A DNA stretch of 61,162 bases, the filler included, from Deltaproteobacteria bacterium (GTDB lineage: Bacteria > JACQOV01), in NCBI GenBank assembly GCA_016202395.1. It is 4 parts of 4 records of this genome, joined end to end, with 100 filler letters (N's around TTAATTAATTAA, not from the genome) between each part and the next. Parts side by side here need not be neighbours in the genome. Positions count along the whole stretch, not along the records: positions 52,168 to 57,696 come from JACQOV010000024.1; positions 57,797 to 61,162 come from JACQOV010000023.1; 2 more parts are not named here. One strand, 5' to 3'. The notes beneath the pieces are model-generated. The model made no database searches, had not been told where the DNA came from, and saw only the letters and a list, made by a program, of their open reading frames with translations. Below are positions 54,857 through 61,162 of this stretch, piece after piece; positions within the stretch are counted from its first letter, which is position 1; each line of letters begins with the position of its first letter. A program made the translations under genes and the position numbers.

Positions 54857-57466
54857 TTAAACTCGCTTTTTGGCTTGGGTCGTTCGTTCAGAAAACGTGA
54901 ACTCCCCTTTGGAGTCGACATCGACCCGGATCGAGTTCCCCTCGTGAAACTCCCCTTCGAGAATCTTTAACGCCAGCGGGTCTTGGATACGACGTTGGAT
55001 TGCCCGTTTCAAAGGCCGAGCTCCGTAAACAGGATCGTAGCCTTCTTCCGCGAGCCGATCTTTTGCGCCTGGGGTGAGCTCCAAGGCGAGCCGACGCTCG
55101 GCAAGCCTTTTGCAAAGTCGCCCCAACTGAATCTCTACGATGCTGCGCAGATGCTCCTTTGCAAGGGGGTGATAGATGACGGTCTCATCAATCCGGTTGA
55201 GAAACTCTGGGCGGAAAGAGGTCCGCAAAGCCTCCATCACTCGAGAGCGGATCGTTTCATACTTCTTCTCGTCCAAGTCCGTGAGGTATTGGCTTCCGAT
55301 GTTGGAGGTCATAATCACCACGGTATTTCGAAAATCAACTAAACGCCCTTGACCGTCGGTAAGCCTTCCATCGTCGAGAACTTGCAGAAGTATATTAAAA
55401 ACCTCCGGATGCGCTTTTTCCACCTCATCAAACAAGAGAACGCTGTAAGGCCGCCGCCGAATCGCCTCCGTCAATTGTCCCCCTTCTTCGTAACCAACAT
55501 AACCGGGGGGAGCGCCAAGGAGTCGCGCGACCGAATGTTTTTCCATGTATTCCGACATATCGAAGCGAGCGATCGCCTGCTCGTCATCGAAAAGGAACTC
55601 CGCCAAGGCCCGAGCCGTCTCCGTTTTCCCCACACCGGTGGGACCCAGAAAAAGGAAAGAACCGATCGGACGATTGGGATCGGAGAGCCCCGAGCGAGCC
55701 CGCCGCACCGCGTTTGAAACCACGCGGAGGGCCTCTTCTTGTCCCACCACACGCGCGCCGAGTCGTTTTTCCATCTGGATCAGTTTTTCAACCTCTTCCT
55801 CCATCAGACGCGTGACAGGAATCCCGGTCCATCGCGCAACGACCTGCGCAACATCCTCTTCATCCACCTCCTCTTTCAACATCCGATGCCCCTTTTGCAT
55901 CTCCACTAAAGCGTCGTTCTGCTTTTTGAGCTCCTTCTCAAGCCCGATCAACACACCGTATCGAAACTCGGAGGCTTTCGCGAGATCACCACTCCGTTCC
56001 GCTGTTTGTTCCTGAGCCTTGGCCTGCTCGATCTTTTCTTTAAGAGATCGAATCTTCTGGATCGCCTCTTTCTCTTGCTGCCACTGCGTCTTTAGAGTTT
56101 GAGACTTCTCTTGAAGCTCCGCCATCTCTTTTTCAATCTTCGCCAACCGTTCACGAGAATCCTTATCTTTCTCTTTTTTAAGAGCCTGCCGTTCAATCTC
56201 GAGCTGCCGCGCCTTTCGTTCGATTTCATCGATCTCCACTGGGAGCGAATCGATCTCCATTCGAAGTTTGGATCCTGCCTCGTCGATCAAATCGATCGCC
56301 TTGTCCGGGAGAAAACGATCCGTAATGTAACGGTTGGAAAGGACGGCCGCTGCAACCAAGGCGCTGTCGAGCATGCGGACTCCATGATGAACCTCGTAGC
56401 GTTCCTTCAAACCGCGAAGGATGGCAATCGTGTCCTCGACACTCGGCTCAGCCACCGTGATCGGCTGAAATCGCCGTTCTAAAGCGGAATCTTTTTCGAT
56501 GTGCTTCCGATATTCATCGATCGTGGTCGCCCCGACACAACGAAGCTCCCCACGAGCCAAGGCCGGCTTGAGAAGATTAGAGGCATCCATCGATCCTTCA
56601 GCGCGCCCGGCCCCCACCAACGTGTGAAGCTCATCCACAAAAAGAACGATCTCCCCTTCAGCGCTCTGAATCTCTCGAAGCACCGCTTTAAGACGTTCCT
56701 CAAATTCGCCGCGGAACTTGGTTCCCGCCACAAGAGCCCCTAAATCGAGAGTGACGATCCGCTTCCCTTTCAGGCTTTCAGGAACATCCCCTGCGATAAT
56801 TCGTTGCGCTAAACCTTCAGCAATGGCGGTTTTCCCAACTCCAGCATCTCCGATCAACACCGGATTATTTTTGGTCCGACGCGAGAGAACCTGGATCACT
56901 CGACGGATCTCCGCATCCCTCCCAATCACGGGATCGAGCTTCCCTTTTCGAGCGAGATCGGTCAAATCTCGCCCGTAGCGCTCCAGAGCTTGATACTTTT
57001 CCTCGGGGTTGGGGTCGGTCACGCGAGCCGAGCCTCGAACGGTGGCAAGGGCTTTGTAGATAGCGTCTTGAGTTGCCCCTTGAGAGCGCAAGGCCTCCCC
57101 TGCCGTTCCTGGATCCGCGCTTAAAGCAAGGAGCAGATGCTCCGCGCTCAAAAATTCATCGTTGAGGCGCTCTGCATGTTGGAAGCCACTATCGAGGAGT
57201 TGCTTGAGCCGAGGAGAAAGAGCGGTTCCCCGTTCCATGCCGGAAACCTTGGGAAGCCTCTGAAGGGCCGATTCCATCGCCTGAGCTAAACCCTCAAGAT
57301 TCGCCCCAACCCTCTTGAGAACTGCGGGAACAAGCCCCTCTTGAGTTTGCAGAAGGGCCAAAAGAAGGTGCTCCGGCTCGACCTCCGGATTCTGAAACCG
57401 CTCCGCCAGCTTTTGGGCCGCCTCTACCGCCTCTTGGGTTTTAATCGTAAGCTTATCCCATCGCAT
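54857..57466 (-). CDS. clpB: ATP-dependent disaggregase ClpB
   Basis: Two AAA modules ([16 protein letters not shown]), coiled-coil M domain, GYVGYEEGG. Confidence 0.97.
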   Translation of the reverse strand: MRWDKLTIKTQEAVEAAQKLAERFQNPEVEPEHLLLALLQTQEGLVPAVLKRVGANLEGLAQAMESALQRLPKVSGMERGTALSPRLKQLLDSGFQHAERLNDEFLSAEHLLLALSADPGTAGEALRSQGATQDAIYKALATVRGSARVTDPNPEEKYQALERYGRDLTDLARKGKLDPVIGRDAEIRRVIQVLSRRTKNNPVLIGDAGVGKTAIAEGLAQRIIAGDVPESLKGKRIVTLDLGALVAGTKFRGEFEERLKAVLREIQSAEGEIVLFVDELHTLVGAGRAEGSMDASNLLKPALARGELRCVGATTIDEYRKHIEKDSALERRFQPITVAEPSVEDTIAILRGLKERYEVHHGVRMLDSALVAAAVLSNRYITDRFLPDKAIDLIDEAGSKLRMEIDSLPVEIDEIERKARQLEIERQALKKEKDKDSRERLAKIEKEMAELQEKSQTLKTQWQQEKEAIQKIRSLKEKIEQAKAQEQTAERSGDLAKASEFRYGVLIGLEKELKKQNDALVEMQKGHRMLKEEVDEEDVAQVVARWTGIPVTRLMEEEVEKLIQMEKRLGARVVGQEEALRVVSNAVRRARSGLSDPNRPIGSFLFLGPTGVGKTETARALAEFLFDDEQAIARFDMSEYMEKHSVARLLGAPPGYVGYEEGGQLTEAIRRRPYSVLLFDEVEKAHPEVFNILLQVLDDGRLTDGQGRLVDFRNTVVIMTSNIGSQYLTDLDEKKYETIRSRVMEALRTSFRPEFLNRIDETVIYHPLAKEHLRSIVEIQLGRLCKRLAERRLALELTPGAKDRLAEEGYDPVYGARPLKRAIQRRIQDPLALKILEGEFHEGNSIRVDVDSKGEFTFSERTTQAKKRV

Positions 57467-57486
57467 AAAAAAATCCTCTCAAGAGG

Positions 57487-57515
57487 AATATGGACACACT
57501 AGCGAGCCTTGTCAA
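57487..57515 (-). promoter_or_regulatory. sigma70-type promoter of clpB
   Basis: TTGACA-17 nt-CATATT. Confidence 0.6.
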
Positions 57516-57522
57516 AAAGGGT

Positions 57523-57696
57523 TTAACTCCGAATTGGCCGGAACCACACCAAAAGGGCCGGTAGAATTACAATATCCCCGATCAAAGCCGCCAACACTGC
57601 CACCCCCGATAGAAATCCAAAATTGAGCGCCGGCACATAAGAAGAAAAAATCAAAACCCAAAACCCCGCGGCAAGAACCAACGAGGTGTACACAAT
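57523..57696 (-). CDS. C-terminal fragment of an MMPL/RND-family exporter (partial)
   Basis: IVYTSLVLAAGFWVLIFSSYVPALNFGFLSGVAVLAALIGDIVILPALL. Confidence 0.8.
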   Translation of the reverse strand: MVYTSLVLAAGFWVLIFSSYVPALNFGFLSGVAVLAALIGDIVILPALLVWFRPIRS

Positions 57697-57796
57697 NNNN
57701 NNNNNNNNNNNNNNNNNNNNNNNNNNNNNNNNNNNNNNNNTTAATTAATTAANNNNNNNNNNNNNNNNNNNNNNNNNNNNNNNNNNNNNNNNNNNN
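57697..57796. other. Artificial contig linker
   Basis: N run containing TTAATTAATTAA. Confidence 0.97.
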
Positions 57797-57958
57797 AAGG
57801 CAAGGCTCCCAATACGAATCAACTGCCGATCTACTTTGATAGGCCATGGATGAAAGCCTTTTTTAAACCTCAAAGACATGAAAAAATCATTAACCTAAAA
57901 AATACGATCAGGACATTTTCACTGATCCATTAAAGGACATTTTGACTGATCTACGACA
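57797..57958 (+). mobile_element. Probable right end of an IS1202/IS481-like element
   Basis: Two 18-bp direct repeats aggacatttt(c/g)actgatc (57910, 57934) ending ..ACA; an open frame ..RPW..RTFSLIH* runs into them. Confidence 0.6.
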
Positions 57959-58008
57959 CACGGAAGATAAGGGTTGACAAAGAGAGATTTGAAAAATAAC
58001 TTTGCAAT

Positions 58009-58740
58009 ATGAGGAAGTTGATAAGCTTGCTACTTTTTGTGACGTTGAATACGCCTCTCTCAGAGGCAGAGGTTGGGTATCTGCATGGGGAACACCTCCA
58101 ATCCACCGCTGTGATCTCGGATTCGCGAGGCGGGGTTCAAGAAGCGCTCCAGTATAGTCCTTTTGGCGAGAGGATTTCTTTTGCGCCAGCGCAGAGGGTT
58201 TCCTATCAATTCACGGGTCAAGAGGTTGATTTTGAATCTGATCTCTACCATTACGGTTTTCGTGGTTATGACCCGTCGTTGAGTCGCTTCTTAAGTGTGG
58301 ATCCGGTTTTAGTGGAGCTTCCTTATGCCTATGTTCGAAATAATCCGGTTCGTTTATTCGATCCGGAGGGGCATCAGGCCGTGGGCCCCGACGATGATGA
58401 CGCACGATTTAGGGAAGGAGTTTTGAAGCGAGAGGAAGTTTTGAGAAGGCTAGAGAGGGAAAAGGAGGCCGCCTTGGGAGGTCGGGAGCCTCTTCTGAGG
58501 GAACTCTCTCGAAAACGGTTGGAGGAGAATCGTGGGAACAGGCTCGCTGAATTAAAAGACTTGCTGAGAATGTACGGAAGAATTCAGGAAAGGAGCGGAC
58601 GCAACGTTAGAGGCGCAACTAAAGGTATCGAGAGACGGATTAAAGCCGTTGAGGCCGAACAATACGAGGATTGGGAAGAGGCATCTCCAAAAATTCGTTC
58701 AGAGGTCCCTTATTCTGGTTTTTGGGGATCGGGGAGATAG
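58009..58740 (+). CDS. Mini-Rhs 4 (frame stays open past TAG to 59010)
   Basis: ..PLSEA|EVGYLHGEHLQS..SPFGE..FTGQEVD..YHYGFRGYDP..RFLSVDP..DPEGH. Confidence 0.88.
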   Translation: MRKLISLLLFVTLNTPLSEAEVGYLHGEHLQSTAVISDSRGGVQEALQYSPFGERISFAPAQRVSYQFTGQEVDFESDLYHYGFRGYDPSLSRFLSVDPVLVELPYAYVRNNPVRLFDPEGHQAVGPDDDDARFREGVLKREEVLRRLEREKEAALGGREPLLRELSRKRLEENRGNRLAELKDLLRMYGRIQERSGRNVRGATKGIERRIKAVEAEQYEDWEEASPKIRSEVPYSGFWGSGR

Positions 58741-59090
58741 GGGATTTTGATTACATCGATTGTGACCGTCATCATCCTAGGGGAGGGATTTTTTAATCCG
58801 GTGGCCTGTGATCCTGACGAGCTCTGTGGCTCTTCCTCTACTCGTACCGATTCGAACGATTCCAAGATGGGCCTGATCGATGGATCTTTAAATGGGGAGC
58901 AGTTCCCTTCGCCCAGAGTCTCCCCCCACTCTCAATGTGATTCCAATATTCAGAGCTGTCTCCCCTCCTTGGAGCCGCCGATGAGTATGCCGATAGGGGT
59001 CACCCATTAGCGAAGGTGTCAACTTGACCCCGAGTCTTAAAAGATTCTTGCCACGTGGCGAGAATCTTCCCACCCCGATTGGAATTCCCT

Positions 59091-59564
59091 TTAATGGGGA
59101 CCTCGTTCGAGCCAGCTTTGAATTGCGGCTCGATCTTTCTCGGAGAAGTTCAAGAATTGAACGCCGATGCCGGCCTCGAGTTTGCTTCGTGGATTGAAAC
59201 GGCGGGCCCAGGCCACTTGAACCTCAGTATGAATTTCGGCCTCTCCCTCGATGAGTTGGAATACAATCTGGAGTGGAGTCCCTTGTTGGGGAGGGGCGAC
59301 CATCTGGATGAAGAGCCCTCCCAAGCTCACATCTCGCGCATAGCCTAGGAAACCTCGTTTTCCATCCTCTGCTTGCGACCAAACGCGGACGACTTTAAGA
59401 GGGACTCGAACATCCTTTCGTCGTTCGATCTCTTGGGGAGTTGGACCCTCTTCTTTCTTTCGAAACGGGAGTTTTTCCTTAATTTTTTCAAAGAAGTTTA
59501 GTGGAATGAGGCTTCGAGCCCGTTCCCACGCTTTTGTGATCGACGATTTAAGATCCAAGGGCAT
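59091..59564 (-). CDS. Stand-alone PilZ-domain protein
   Basis: RRKDVR (RxxxR) and DVSLGG (DxSxGG) motifs, GIGVQF. Confidence 0.9.
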   Translation of the reverse strand: MPLDLKSSITKAWERARSLIPLNFFEKIKEKLPFRKKEEGPTPQEIERRKDVRVPLKVVRVWSQAEDGKRGFLGYARDVSLGGLFIQMVAPPQQGTPLQIVFQLIEGEAEIHTEVQVAWARRFNPRSKLEAGIGVQFLNFSEKDRAAIQSWLERGPH

Positions 59565-59567
59565 AGG

Positions 59568-59849
59568 CTAAGAGGTGGCTTTGGCCCCACCTGTTTTTTG
59601 CTCCTTTTTCGTTTCCTTCTTCTCGGTCTTTTCAGTCTTCTGGGGTTTCTCCTCTGCCTCTTTTTTCCCTTTCCGCGCGTAATCGGTGATGTACCAACCG
59701 CTCCCTTTAAGGATGAAGGCGGACGACGAGATCTTTTTCTTCACCCTCCCTTTGCATTTGGGGCATTTTTGGAGCGCTTTATCCGAAAACTTTTGCATGA
59801 TCTCAAAATCACGCCCGCATTTGGCGCAAACGTACTCATAAATTGGCAT
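59568..59849 (-). CDS. FmdB-family zinc-ribbon protein
   Basis: MPIYEYVCAKC..CPKC..KGSGWYITDY. Confidence 0.93.
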   Translation of the reverse strand: MPIYEYVCAKCGRDFEIMQKFSDKALQKCPKCKGRVKKKISSSAFILKGSGWYITDYARKGKKEAEEKPQKTEKTEKKETKKEQKTGGAKATS

Positions 59850-59900
59850 TTCCTTCCAAAATACGGACTTTCGCCGCGTTCGTCAAGGAAGAGGAGCAAA

Positions 59901-60200
59901 CTACCGAAGGTGGAAGGCGAGGTCGAGAAGAGATCGAATGAGGAATTTTTGGAGGAAGATGATGGTGAAGATCAAAAGCAAGGGGGAGAGGTCGATCCCT
60001 CCCGGAGCCAGGCGCAATTTTCTGCGAATGGGGCCTAAAACGGGCTCGGTTGTTTGATACAGAAAGCGGACAATAGGGTTGTACGGATCAGGGCTAAACC
60101 AACTGACGAGCGCTCTCCCAATAATAATAAATAGGTAGGCCGAGAGCAGAAGATTCAGGATCGTGGCAATCGCTTCTAGAAGATTTGAGAGTACAAACAT
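59901..60200 (-). CDS. yggT: YggT-family membrane protein
   Basis: SWFSPDPYNP..TEP.L.PIRR..GIDLSP. Confidence 0.93.
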   Translation of the reverse strand: MFVLSNLLEAIATILNLLLSAYLFIIIGRALVSWFSPDPYNPIVRFLYQTTEPVLGPIRRKLRLAPGGIDLSPLLLIFTIIFLQKFLIRSLLDLAFHLR

Positions 60201-60209
60201 GTTTTTTCC

Positions 60210-61028
60210 TTATGACAATTCGCGGCTCCGCTCAAAAGCGCGGCGGACCGCTTCCTTCACCATACCACGAAGGTCTCTCGATTCAAAGATCCGGAGCGCC
60301 GCTTCTGTGGTTCCACCCGGAGAAGTCACCTGTTTTCGAAGCTCTGCCAGTGGGCGTTGCGAACTCACGGCAAGGCTTGCAGAGCCCTGAAGGGTTTGGA
60401 GAACGAGTTCGGTCGCCGTTTTGGAATCGAGCCCTAGTTCTATGCCCGCCTCCACCATAAGCTCCGCAAGGTGGAAGAAATAAGCGGGGCCGCTCCCACT
60501 CAAAGCCGTGACCGCATCCATAAGGGATTCTGAATCGATTCGCACCGTTTTCCCCACAGCGTTAAAAATTGCCTCGGCAATTTTGGCCTCTTTCTCTCCA
60601 GATCGAGGTCCTATGAAAATGGCCGTGATCCCTTGGCGGTGGAGAGCAGGGGTATTGGGCATCACGCGCACTATTTTTGGCTTCGATGCCGTAAGCTTTT
60701 CGAGCTTTTGCGTGGTTGTTCCTGCGGCGATGGAGATCAAAAGATGGTCGCTCCGGAGCTGCATTTTTTCTAAAGCCCCTTCGACCTGTTGCGGTTTTAC
60801 AGCAAGGATCAAGATCTCGGCTTTTTCCGCGAGTTCATGGTTTCCAGAGGTTGAAGTGACTCGAAGATCTTTACAGATCGATTTGAGGCGTTGAGAATCG
60901 ATGTCAAAAACAAAAATCTGTTCAGCCTGAACCTGTTTGGAGGCAACTAACCCTGAAATTAGGGCCTGCGCCATATTCCCCGCTCCAATGAATCCAATGG
61001 TTTTCGATTTTAACACCTGTTCTTTCAT
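60210..61028 (-). CDS. proC: Pyrroline-5-carboxylate reductase
   Basis: GFIGAGNM, RVMPNTP, SGSGPAY and VTSPGGTT motifs. Confidence 0.97.
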   Translation of the reverse strand: MKEQVLKSKTIGFIGAGNMAQALISGLVASKQVQAEQIFVFDIDSQRLKSICKDLRVTSTSGNHELAEKAEILILAVKPQQVEGALEKMQLRSDHLLISIAAGTTTQKLEKLTASKPKIVRVMPNTPALHRQGITAIFIGPRSGEKEAKIAEAIFNAVGKTVRIDSESLMDAVTALSGSGPAYFFHLAELMVEAGIELGLDSKTATELVLQTLQGSASLAVSSQRPLAELRKQVTSPGGTTEAALRIFESRDLRGMVKEAVRRAFERSRELS

Positions 61029-61043
61029 AAAGTTCCTCGTTGT

Positions 61044-61092
61044 CCCCTCACCTCTTTCCTCTCCCCTTTGGGGAGAGGATGAAGGTGAGGGG
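61044..61092. repeat. Family-F palindrome, intergenic
   Basis: cccctcacctctttcctctcccctttggggagaggatgaaggtgagggg. Confidence 0.85.
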
Positions 61093-61102
61093 AAGTTGCT
61101 TA

Positions 61103-61162
61103 TTAGGGCCTAGGGCCGAAAAGGGCCGTTCCAATTCGCACCATCGTGGCCCCCTCTTCAAT
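61103..61162 (-). CDS. yggS: PLP homeostasis protein, 3' end only
   Basis: IEEGATMVRIGTALFGPRP*; yggS-proC-yggT synteny. Confidence 0.9.
   Translation of the reverse strand: MEEGATMVRIGTALFGPRP

Noticed and set aside
54221-54970. Small ORFs overlapping the REP clusters
   Set aside because: LDPRFRGDD- and VIPAEAGI-type peptides are translations of the REPs.
58747-59010. Immunity gene for mini-Rhs 4
   Set aside because: Same frame as the Rhs gene with a weak TTG start; better explained as its interrupted C-terminus, though not excluded.

Overview
Bacterial chromosomal DNA of moderate GC content, probably a metagenome-assembled delta-proteobacterial-type genome (inferred from carD-ispD-ispF-cysS, alternative complex III, a Na+-PPase, a stand-alone PilZ protein and sigma54 promoters). 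The window is four contigs joined by artificial 100-nt N-TTAATTAATTAA-N linkers (1-29523, 29624-52067, 52168-57696, 57797-61162), so adjacency across the linkers is not evidence of linkage. Housekeeping genes: manC-like, carD, ispD/F/E, cysS, uvrB, queC/D/F, greA, hppA, actA-F, clpB, proC, yggS/T, tRNA-Leu and tRNA-Gln. The most striking signal is four dispersed 'mini-Rhs' genes (7763, 41979, 50945, 58009). In each, a Sec signal peptide is fused directly to a bare RHS-core/DPxG autoprotease module with no YD-repeat cocoon, followed by an unrelated C-terminal domain and no apparent immunity gene. Second, a small GIY-YIG nuclease is bracketed by inverted CGTC/dRS3-type REP palindromes, and copies of that REP recur elsewhere in the window (a RAYT/REP-like architecture with a different enzyme). 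Several other palindromic or MITE families occur; some show compensatory base changes and some are translated in-frame inside genes. Also present: sigma54-driven surface proteins, a decayed defence-type island and a probable IS end. No CRISPR array or rRNA was seen. All calls are by eye; no database searches were run.
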